Assembly: GCA_013416795.1 (NCBI GenBank)
Contig: RQSC01000974.1
Coordinates: 1 to 64,000 of the forward strand
Direction: 5' to 3'
Length of the DNA stretch: 64,000 nucleotides
Source of the DNA: Prasinococcaceae sp. CCMP 1430
Taxonomy: Eukaryota; Plantae; Prasinodermophyta
The position numbers and the translations under genes are program-made. Positions 12,200 to 20,979 of this stretch are shown piece by piece (within the stretch, counting starts at the first letter, position 1; each line of letters starts with the position of its first letter). Under the pieces are notes generated by a model that was not told where the DNA came from, searched no databases, and saw nothing but the letters and a program-made list of their open reading frames with translations.

Positions 12200-13489
12200 A
12201 TGGGCGTGGCCCTCGCCGAGGCAAGTGGCGATGGCGACCCCCTGCTCGCGCCGCTGGAAGGATTCGGCGACGCTGTGTGCTGCGAGGCGGTGGACGGCGC
12301 GGCGATGAGCACGGTAGAATTTGACAGGCGGTACCTTGCCAAGGCATTCCCGGCGGTGCTGCGCGGCCTGACAGACGGATGGGCGGCCATGGAGGAGGGC
12401 GGCTCGCGCCGCTGGGACCTGGACTTCTTCAGACGGGAGTATGGCGAGCTGCCCGTGCAGGTCGACGCCGGCGGCGACACGTTCGGTGCGCGGCGGCAGC
12501 TCACGATGGCCGAGTACATCGACGCATTCGACGACTTGACGGCCGCCGCCGAGGAGGCGGGTGCGTCGCCGCCGCCTTACCTTCGCACGTGGAACTACGA
12601 GGATGAGGTCCCGGAGCTCGGCTCCGACTGGTCGACGCCCGCGCTCTTCCGTGACATGTTTCAAGCGCTGCCACCCGTCGCGCGGCCGCCGTTCACGTGG
12701 CTGTTCCTGTGTCCGCGTGGCGCCACGACGCGGCTTCACGTCGACGTGTGGCACACGGATGCGTGGCTCGTCAACGCGCTGGGGCGCAAGCGCTTCGTGC
12801 TCTTCCATCCCGCGCAGCGAAAGTACATCGAAGACGGCCAGGGCTTCGTCGACCTGCGCTCCCCGGACCTCGAGCGTTTTCCAGACCTGGCCAAGGCGAC
12901 GCCGGTCGAGTTCGTGCTCGGCCCGGGTGAGATCGCGTACATCCCGCGCAAGTGGCCGCACTTCGCCGTCGCACTGGAGCCATCGGTGTCGGTGAGTTTG
13001 AACGCGCATTCGCGCGCGCCGCGGGCACCCTCAAGCCTCGCGCTCACATGTAGCCTTTCATCGCCGTCCCCCTGCCACCCCCCTGCCCAACCTACCCACA
13101 TTCTAACCCATACACCCCACGACCCACCCCACTGGCAACTACCCTCGCCCCTAGCTCACGGTCAACTTCGCGTGCAAGGCGTCCATGCGCGACGTGCTGC
13201 CTCTCGCCAAGCGCTACGCGAAGCGCCGCAGCATGTGTGAGGATATGCTCGGCAGGACACTAAAGGCTTCGGACAATTTGCTCAAGGTGCGGACGCGCGC
13301 CCTGCGCGTGGTGCGCGCCGTGCGCGTCTGTCCCTGCGTTGACACCTGCGCTCCCAGTTTTGTGTCCACGGCGGCGAGCTCAACGTGGAGATCGCCGCGT
13401 CCATTCTGAAGATGAAAAGGGATGAGCTGCTGCGGCAGGCAGGCGCAGATGAAGCGGATGGCAACGACGGCGACGCTCTCTCTGGCTAG
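12200..13489 (+). CDS. JmjC (cupin-like) 2-oxoglutarate/Fe(II) oxygenase, 3 exons
   Basis: Exons 12200-12991, 13155-13286 and 13358-13489; motifs FPAVLRGL..GW, PYLRTW, WLFLCPRGATTRLHVD (HxD), GRKRFVLF, PGEIAYIPRKWPH..ALEPSVSLTVNF. Confidence 0.88.
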
Positions 13490-13621
13490 TAGAGACGGAG
13501 AGGACTGCTATCACCAGCAGCAAGGCTCTACCTAGCTACACTGCCAAAAATTGTAATTATTATGTAAGGTACTTCAGTCGCGCGCAGCTTGGCTTGTGTG
13601 CACTTGCGCTCGACGGGATAG

Positions 13622-14734
13622 CTACGATTCGTCCTCGTCTGCTTTGATGTAGAGCACCTCCTCGCGCAGCTCGTGCCCGTGTTGCTCGCGCACGACGTCT
13701 TTGACCCTCTGGATGAGACCACGTACGTCAGCCGCGCTCGCCCCCTGCGCATTGACGAGGAAGTTCGCGTGCATATCCGAGACGGCGGCGCCACCGACGC
13801 GGGCGCCCTTGAGTCCCGACTGGTCGATGAGCGCGCCCGCAGACGGTGCGTCGCCTCCGGGATTGCGGAAGATGCAGCCGCACGAGCGTGCGGTGACCGG
13901 CTGTGAGGCCTTGCGCTGTGCTGCGTACGTGAGCTGCGTGTCACGGGCCCTCGTATCGCGCGCGAGACGGAGCGTTGCCGAGGCTACCGCGCATCGGGCG
14001 TACTCGCCGCCGCGTTGGAAGACTGTCGAACGGTATCCTGTCGGAAGCTCGCCCTTGTCCGCATGCAGCGTGCGCATCCCTCCGTCGGGCATCACCACGT
14101 CCACGCTCTCCACTACGGCCGCAACCTCCTGCCCGTTGGCGCCGGCGTTCATCACGATAGCACCACCGAGCGTCCCTGGAATACCGCACGCAAACTCGAG
14201 CCCAGTGAGGCCCTTGGCGCTCAGCTTCGTCCCGAGGGTGTTGAACGGCACACCCGCACCGACGTGATACCGCACGCGATCGGCTGTGTCGCCCGAGGCA
14301 GCGCCTTCGAGGCGCTCGCAGAAGTCGACCCGGTTCTCAATCACACACCCACGGAAGCCCGCGTCGTCAAACAGCACGTTGCTGCCGCGGCCTAGCACGA
14401 GCGTGCGCGCGCCGCGTGACATGCACTGTGCGTACGCGCGCCGCAGCTCCTCGACCGTCCGCACCGTTGCGAACATGTCGGCGGGGCCACCAATGCCGTA
14501 TGTTGAGTGCTGCGCAAGCGAGCGGTTGCTCTCAAACTCCACTCCCGCGCCATCGCGCTGCGCCCCTGCTTCGTCGCAACCTGTCGCCGCCTTTGCCTGC
14601 CGCGCGCATGCGCGGCCAGGGCCTCGGCCGCGCCTGCGCCGCAGGCGCCACCGCGGCGCGCCTGCGCCGCCGCCTGCTTGGAGCGGCGGCGCGCGCCTCA
14701 TGCCCCCGGGCAGCGCTACCGCCGCTGAGCTCAT
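13622..14734 (-). CDS. murB: UDP-N-acetylenolpyruvoylglucosamine reductase MurB with a probable plastid transit peptide; intronless
   Basis: STYGIGGPA, LGRGSNVLFDD, GLEFACGIPGTLGGAIVMNAGA, SCGCIFRNP and VSDMHANFLVN are diagnostic MurB motifs; about 60 aa Ala/Arg/Ser-rich N-terminal extension. Confidence 0.93.
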   Translation of the reverse strand: MSSAAVALPGGMRRAPPLQAGGGAGAPRWRLRRRRGRGPGRACARQAKAATGCDEAGAQRDGAGVEFESNRSLAQHSTYGIGGPADMFATVRTVEELRRAYAQCMSRGARTLVLGRGSNVLFDDAGFRGCVIENRVDFCERLEGAASGDTADRVRYHVGAGVPFNTLGTKLSAKGLTGLEFACGIPGTLGGAIVMNAGANGQEVAAVVESVDVVMPDGGMRTLHADKGELPTGYRSTVFQRGGEYARCAVASATLRLARDTRARDTQLTYAAQRKASQPVTARSCGCIFRNPGGDAPSAGALIDQSGLKGARVGGAAVSDMHANFLVNAQGASAADVRGLIQRVKDVVREQHGHELREEVLYIKADEDES

Positions 14735-15064
14735 CCCCTTGGACCTACGAGGCGTGCGCGGGGGGTCAGCAGGGAGGGACCGGGCGCCCACAGGCCGTCC
14801 GCGAGCGCCGCGGCGCGCCTGCGTGCGCACCTAACCCGCCGCCGCGCAGCCCGCTGCCGCGCAGCCCGCTGCCGCGCAGCCCGCACCCGAGGCAGCCGCC
14901 GAGCGATCGGCCGTCGCGCAGGTGCGGGCGCTGCCGCGTCCCCCACCGCCGCCGCCGCTGCGCGCGCGCGCGCGGAAAGTGCGCGTGGAGGCGCTGTGGT
15001 CACACGGCTCGCTGACTTGAGCCACCGAGCGCTGTGCGCTCCCTCGACGTATGCGAACGCGCAG

Positions 15065-17530
15065 AGACTCGCCGGTGGCAGCAGCCGCTTCTTCGGCACG
15101 AGTGCGCCATCGCCGGGCGCTTCGCTCGACGACGGCACGACGCCGGTGAAGGTCACCCTGCCCGAATCCGTGCCCGATTCGGTCGAGCCAAGGGAGGCGG
15201 CGCCGCGCGCGAGGAGCATCGGTTCGCTCGACCAGTTTGCGTTCGCCGGGGGAGGCGTCAAGCGCCCGTGCGTCGATGGGCAGCCCGCACAGGTGGTGAC
15301 GATGAGTGTGGCGGCCGAGGACGCAGCGGCCTGCGCTGCGGCCGCGGCGGAGCGACGTCCACCCTCGGCTGCCGAGGCACCGCAGCCCAAGCGCCGGAGA
15401 GCTGCCATCATTGACGACAGCGACGACGACGAAGACGACGATGCGGTTGGCCAAGGCGTGGCAGCCGCCGCCGCCGCGGTCGCGAGGCCACAACGACACG
15501 TCGTAATCATCGATAGCGATGAGGACGTGGACGAGGCGGGCGGCGGCGGACGGGGCGGCGGCGGCGGTGACAGAGGCGATGGCCTCGACGCACCCCCATG
15601 CCAGAGCGAAGACGTGATCATCGAGGAGTCAGATGCCGCCCCCGAGCGCGACCCCGTGGAGGAGCTGCTCAGCACGGTAACGTCGATGACCACGGGGCTA
15701 AAGGCGGCGGTGGGCATGCGCAGCGCCGGCGTTCGGGACCAAGGCGTTTGTCTCACGGACAGTGGCGGCGGGGGCGCATTCGCGCGGATCACGCAGGAAG
15801 ACATCTGGGAGGCGGTCGAGCCACCATTGGACGAGCTGGAGGACGCGCAGCACACGGCACCCAAGCTCTCGTCGTGGCAGCTGGTGGGCGTGAATTACCT
15901 GTGCGTGCTCGACGAGCAGGGCACGCGCGGCGCCGTGCTGGCAGACGAGATGGGGCTGGGGAAGACCGCACAGGCGGCGACCTTCCTGGGGCTGATCACG
16001 AAGCGCCGCATGGAGCGCGACGGCGCCAGTCTGCCGCACGTCGTCGTGTGCCCGGCGAGCGTGCTCTCGAATTGGGAGCGCGAGCTGGAGCGCTTCTGCC
16101 CTGCACTGGACGTCCAGGTCTTCCACGGGCCCAACCGCGCGATCATAAAGAACACCGCGCGGGAGATGAAAGCGAGCCGTCCAAATGCACCGATGGGCTT
16201 CGACGTGCTCCTCACGACGTACAGCATCTTCGAGTCGACCTCGATGGAGGCCAAGGACGACCGTGGATGGCTCAAGAGGTGCAACTGGGGTGTGGTTGTC
16301 ATGGACGAGGCGCACATGCTGAAGGACTCGACGAGCCAGCGCTTTCGGAACCTGTTCAGGGCTGTCACGCGAGGTGCCACGAACCGCCTCATGCTCTCCG
16401 GCACGCCACTGCAAAATAATTTGAAGGAGCTCCATTCTATGCTTTACATGCTCCTCCCTGACGTGTTCGAGGGGATGGGCGAAGTCTTCGACGAGGTGGC
16501 AGAGGGGGAGGAGGAAAGCGGCAACAGCGGTGCCCTCTCCGAACGCATCCGCAAGATCCTGGCGCCGCTGGTGCTGCGGCGACTCAAGCAGGACGTGCTC
16601 ACCCAGCTGCCGCCCAAGGTGCACAAGGTGGAGCACGTGCAGTTGGAACCGTCGCAGGCGGAGACGTACTCGCAGCTGTTGGCCGAAGCCCGCGGCGCAA
16701 AGGGCGGCAAAGCGAAGATGAGCAGCGCGAACGCAAAGAAGTGGTTCACCATCCTTCGCAAGGCAGCCAACCACCCGCTGCTGCTCCGGAGGCATTTTAC
16801 CGACCAGAAGACGCTGGAGCTCGCCCAGCAGCTGTCCCCGGCCGGCGCGTTCTCGCCAGATTCTCGCATCCTGCCCCCGGAGCGCATTCTCCAAGAGATC
16901 GAAACGTGGTCAGACTACGACCTCAGCAAGCTCTGCGCCAACTACAGCTCTTTGCCTGCTGCGAGGGGAGGTATTCTCCCCCAATCGACCGTGCTTGGCT
17001 CGGCGAAGTGCCGATTCCTAGCGAAGCTGCTGCCCGAGCTGAAGGCCGGTGGGCACCGGCCGCTCATATTCTCGCAGTGGACGCAAGTGATGGACCTCCT
17101 CGAGGTCTTGCTGAATCACTTGGGCCTGGCGTACCTCCGGCTCGACGGCTCGACGACGGTGTCGGAGAGACAGAGCCTAGTGGACCTCTACAATTCCGAG
17201 AAGAGCAATTACTTTGCGTTCCTCCTATCGACGCGCGCAGGCGGGCAGGGCCTCAATTTGGTCGGCGCGGACACTGTGATCATCCACGACGTTGACTTCA
17301 ACCCGCAGATGGACAGGCAGGCCGAGGACCGCGCGCACCGCATTGGGCAGAAGCGCCCCGTCACCATCTACCGGCTCGTCGCAGAGGGCACCGTCGACGC
17401 AAGCATATATCGTCTCGCGGAGCGTAAGAAGGAGCTCAGCGACAACATCCTCGACCAGGGAAAGAAGAAAAACGATGGCGAGGCGGCCACCGCCGCGGCG
17501 ATCATGGATGAGGTGCTCGGCGGCGTTTAG
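15065..17530 (+). CDS. SMARCAD1: SNF2-family chromatin remodeller, SMARCAD1/Fun30/ETL1-like (main exon; candidate upstream exons 14700-14753 and 14850-14921)
   Basis: LADEMGLGKT, DEAH, LSGTPLQNNLKEL, LRKAANHPLL, IFSQWT, LSTRAGGQGLNL, QAEDRAHRIGQ; acceptor CAG at 15062-15064 with a CTGAC branch point upstream. Confidence 0.88.
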   Translation, partial: RLAGGSSRFFGTSAPSPGASLDDGTTPVKVTLPESVPDSVEPREAAPRARSIGSLDQFAFAGGGVKRPCVDGQPAQVVTMSVAAEDAAACAAAAAERRPPSAAEAPQPKRRRAAIIDDSDDDEDDDAVGQGVAAAAAAVARPQRHVVIIDSDEDVDEAGGGGRGGGGGDRGDGLDAPPCQSEDVIIEESDAAPERDPVEELLSTVTSMTTGLKAAVGMRSAGVRDQGVCLTDSGGGGAFARITQEDIWEAVEPPLDELEDAQHTAPKLSSWQLVGVNYLCVLDEQGTRGAVLADEMGLGKTAQAATFLGLITKRRMERDGASLPHVVVCPASVLSNWERELERFCPALDVQVFHGPNRAIIKNTAREMKASRPNAPMGFDVLLTTYSIFESTSMEAKDDRGWLKRCNWGVVVMDEAHMLKDSTSQRFRNLFRAVTRGATNRLMLSGTPLQNNLKELHSMLYMLLPDVFEGMGEVFDEVAEGEEESGNSGALSERIRKILAPLVLRRLKQDVLTQLPPKVHKVEHVQLEPSQAETYSQLLAEARGAKGGKAKMSSANAKKWFTILRKAANHPLLLRRHFTDQKTLELAQQLSPAGAFSPDSRILPPERILQEIETWSDYDLSKLCANYSSLPAARGGILPQSTVLGSAKCRFLAKLLPELKAGGHRPLIFSQWTQVMDLLEVLLNHLGLAYLRLDGSTTVSERQSLVDLYNSEKSNYFAFLLSTRAGGQGLNLVGADTVIIHDVDFNPQMDRQAEDRAHRIGQKRPVTIYRLVAEGTVDASIYRLAERKKELSDNILDQGKKKNDGEAATAAAIMDEVLGGV

Positions 17531-17624
17531 CCAGGACCGGGACCGTTCGGCGCTCCCCATAATATCTTTGTTGATCAGGTACTCGCGCCTACGGGGTGGG
17601 GACAACCCTGCGGCGCCTCAGCTC

Positions 17625-20558
17625 TCAGGCGGGCAGGGACATGCGGATCGCCCCGGGCTCGTTGATGACGCGCAAGGCCGCCCGCCACAACGCTTCGTCA
17701 CTTGCGTGCAGGCGCTCCGACGGAACGCTCACCCTCGTCTGGCCCGCGGGCGGGCGCTCATTCACCACACAATGCGTCCTACGCTCCCTGTCGAGCGTGC
17801 ACCCGAAAGCTTGCTGCAGGTACCATGCGCGCGTAGCCCCCTCCTCATACCCGCCCACGTAGTGCCTGATGAGCGCACCGAACGGTCCATTGATGGGGCA
17901 GCCGTTCCGTGTGAGATGTACCGCGCGCCTGCCCAACTCAGCGGCGCGGGAGAGCACGTGCGCGAAGGCACCTTGCTCCCACGGGAAGTCAACTGCCAGG
18001 CTCGAGCCCACCGCGGAGTCCATCCACACTGACAACAGGTCGCGCGCATGCGAATTATTGGACACGAACATCACGCCGGTGTTCACCTCGGCCGGCCGTA
18101 ACCAGTCCCACGCGACAGACACAGACGCATGCCCCTCGCCGCCGTCTGCGCCGTTGCTGGCGCTAGCAGCGCTACCAGCGCCAACAGGCCCCCAATCGAA
18201 GTGCCCCGCAGCTGCGAATATGGCGCCCAGCGACATGCGCGGAAGCGTCACGTACGCGTCTGTGTCGACGTACAGCACATGTGCGTGCGCTCCTGTGCGC
18301 AAGAGCGAGCGAAGAGCCGCCACACGCACCCAGGTGACCCCAAGAGTTGCGCCGCGTGCCGCGCCGTAATCGTTTGCGTGCACCCCAGGCGCGCTGGCCG
18401 AGCCCACGACGTAGAGAGCGTGGCCATGTGTTGCGCAGTACGCAGCCATCGCAGCCACACCGAACACGTGGTATGGTGCGCCTGTCTCGGGAAGTGGCTC
18501 GCCCTCGCTCGGGAGCGCACGCGTCTCGACCATGAGCACCGCAACATCGGATGGACGGGCGCCGAGTCGTTTGGCGGACGACTCAAGCGCCTCTACCCCG
18601 ACCTCGTCGTAATCGGAGGCGCTCGGGCACTGCGCCGCGAGGACGCCGCTCTCCCACTCTGCGTGCGCGTGCACGAGCGCACCCTTGAGTGCCAGCACGC
18701 GCATTGGTAGCGCGGTGGAAGGTGCTGGTCGCTGCCGCGTGCGATGGCAAAGCCCATCGTCAACCATCGACCCGCCGGCTGCGCGTTCGGAACCGCGCGC
18801 GTCCGAGAGCACCACGCGCCGACTGCGCCTCGGCATGCCCTCGTCCGGCCCACCCAGCGTTGAGCGTGCCCACGCGGCTGGCGCAGCGAGTGCACCTTTC
18901 GAATTCGTTCGATGCAAGTACATGGGCGCGGACGTTTGGGGATGGCGCTGCACCAACGCCGTGCCGCAGAGCTCGCCTTCATCGTAGGCGACGAAGCCGA
19001 CCGTTTCGGGCGGCATCCGCACGAGACCGGCCTCGTACGCGCGCAAGGTGTGCGGCCCGTCGTATGCACACGCAAGTCGCAGCAGATCTTTGTCGCCGTA
19101 GCTGTGGCTGTAAGCGTCCCCATCCTCGTGCGCGTCCACGTTGAGGGCGAGCCACAGCGCAACCGCACGCGCACCGAGCTGATTTCTCTTGTCCACCGCT
19201 AGCTGACCCGTCTCGGCGCACGGCTCGCTGGCCTTCTTCGCCTGCTCGGGCACGCGCAGCATGTCGTACAGCGCAGGGCTGGCGCACGTTGCGCCCACGT
19301 CAAAATAGTCAGGCCAAATCGCAAGTGGGTTCTTTGAGAGCAGCCCGTTGGCTCCGAAGATGTCAGCGCTCACGTCGTACAGCGGATGCGAATCCACATC
19401 GAGGTACAGCACGCGGTCGAAACGCGACGCCCACACGGAGAACACCTTCAGCTGCCAGCCTTGCAGCCGCGCGGCAATAGCACCGCCGTCTAGTGGCAGG
19501 CCGAGGGCGTCAAGCACGGCCGCCGCAACATCGACACCTTTGCCGCTGTCCGCGCCGCCGAAGCGCATGCGCTCGATGTCGACCAGCGTCACGTCTTCGA
19601 AGCGCGCCTCGATCGCTGCCGCCGCCACGCTCGGAAAGTCGCGCGCATAGAACACCTGGACTGGCAGCGACACCTTGAGACCCTCGCGCAGCCACACGAG
19701 CGCAGCATATAGGTGCGGCAAGTATGCACCGCCGGCGCACATGACGATGCCGTCGCCACTGCTGAAGCTGCGCCCATTCATCGCCATGCTCTCGTCGAGG
19801 GCGTCTCGGACGCGCCGCGCTCGGCCGAGTATGCGCCCGCTTGCGCTCGCCGCTTCGTACGGGGGCTGCCAGCCATCGACGCCGGCGGTGGCAGCGAGTG
19901 CTTCACCGGCAGCGCGCGAGCGAAGCCCCATGTCTTCCAAAAGCTGCGCGAGCTCGCGCGCGTGTGGCGAAGTTCGCAAGCCGCGAGGCGCATCGAGCAG
20001 CGCTTGGAGTGCACCGACTGAGTCACCGCTTTCGCGCCGCGTTGCGCCGAGCGCGTGGGCGTGACGCGCCTCGCCAGGTTGCAGCACGGCGGCGCGCTCT
20101 GCGGCAGCGGCGGCCGAACCGAGGTCCCCGGCCCAGTGCGCTGCGGTGGCGAGGTTGCCCAGCGTAGACGCGCTCGCGCCGTCTCCGTCGCCAGCGATGC
20201 CCGCAGCGTCCGCCTCCCTAACCGCTGCAGCGAGGTACGCCTGCGCAGCTGCTGCGCGGCCCATCAGGTACTCAATTTCGCCCCTCGCCGCGAGCAGACG
20301 CGCGCGTGCCACGGGCGCCGCAAGCGCGAGCGGCGCCTCGCTGTCGTCCTCGGCCGCCACCGCCACGAGCTCGCGAGCCGCCGCGCTGAGCTCCCCTCCC
20401 ATAGCGAGCGCGACTGCGCGCTTGCGCGCGGCGAGTGCGCGCTCCGTCGCCGCCGCTCGCGCGGCCGCCTGACCCTCCTCAAGCGGGAGCACGAGCGCTG
20501 CGAGCGCTGCGAGCGCAACGAACGCCGCGAGCGCCGCGCGCGCCGCCGCGCGCGCCAT
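17625..20558 (-). CDS. Secreted or anchored multidomain glycosyltransferase: TPR-like + GT71 (Mnn2-like alpha-mannosyltransferase) + GT34-like (GMA12/MNN10) domain; intronless, 977 aa
   Basis: Hydrophobic N-terminus; TPR-like helices; GIVMCAG..WQLKVFSVWASRFDRVLYLDVD..ETGQLAVDK..YGDKD (GT71 pattern); HVLYVDTDAY..VNTGVMFVSN..WEQGAF (GT34 pattern). Confidence 0.75.
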   Translation of the reverse strand: MARAAARAALAAFVALAALAALVLPLEEGQAAARAAATERALAARKRAVALAMGGELSAAARELVAVAAEDDSEAPLALAAPVARARLLAARGEIEYLMGRAAAAQAYLAAAVREADAAGIAGDGDGASASTLGNLATAAHWAGDLGSAAAAAERAAVLQPGEARHAHALGATRRESGDSVGALQALLDAPRGLRTSPHARELAQLLEDMGLRSRAAGEALAATAGVDGWQPPYEAASASGRILGRARRVRDALDESMAMNGRSFSSGDGIVMCAGGAYLPHLYAALVWLREGLKVSLPVQVFYARDFPSVAAAAIEARFEDVTLVDIERMRFGGADSGKGVDVAAAVLDALGLPLDGGAIAARLQGWQLKVFSVWASRFDRVLYLDVDSHPLYDVSADIFGANGLLSKNPLAIWPDYFDVGATCASPALYDMLRVPEQAKKASEPCAETGQLAVDKRNQLGARAVALWLALNVDAHEDGDAYSHSYGDKDLLRLACAYDGPHTLRAYEAGLVRMPPETVGFVAYDEGELCGTALVQRHPQTSAPMYLHRTNSKGALAAPAAWARSTLGGPDEGMPRRSRRVVLSDARGSERAAGGSMVDDGLCHRTRQRPAPSTALPMRVLALKGALVHAHAEWESGVLAAQCPSASDYDEVGVEALESSAKRLGARPSDVAVLMVETRALPSEGEPLPETGAPYHVFGVAAMAAYCATHGHALYVVGSASAPGVHANDYGAARGATLGVTWVRVAALRSLLRTGAHAHVLYVDTDAYVTLPRMSLGAIFAAAGHFDWGPVGAGSAASASNGADGGEGHASVSVAWDWLRPAEVNTGVMFVSNNSHARDLLSVWMDSAVGSSLAVDFPWEQGAFAHVLSRAAELGRRAVHLTRNGCPINGPFGALIRHYVGGYEEGATRAWYLQQAFGCTLDRERRTHCVVNERPPAGQTRVSVPSERLHASDEALWRAALRVINEPGAIRMSLPA

Positions 20559-20979
20559 TCTGAGCCCCCTCTACACCCGCCCATACACTGGGCTGCTTCG
20601 ATGCCACCTGCGGGGACATGCCACGCGCCGCCGCGCGCTCTGGCGCGCTCGGGGGAACGACGCACGCCGACATCCGAAGTCCGATGGCTGCGATGGGTCA
20701 TCAAAACGCATGATGGGCGACGGGGGACGCCAGAGGTCAAAATGCATGGTCGCGACTCGGCGCAGCGCCTGGTGCGGCGCTGCGTGCGGGCCGGTGCCGC
20801 AGGCACGGGGTGGGGGTGGGTGGGTGGGTGGGGGATGGGGGGGGAGAGCTGACCACATCGCTCGCGGGGCGCCGAGAGGCAGGCCGCCAACTGCAATCAG
20901 AGCCGCGCGGAAGCCTCGCTCTGTGAGAAGGGCAGAGGGGCTTTGTGGGCGGGCGGGCGCCTCTGGCCGTGCGCGGGCC

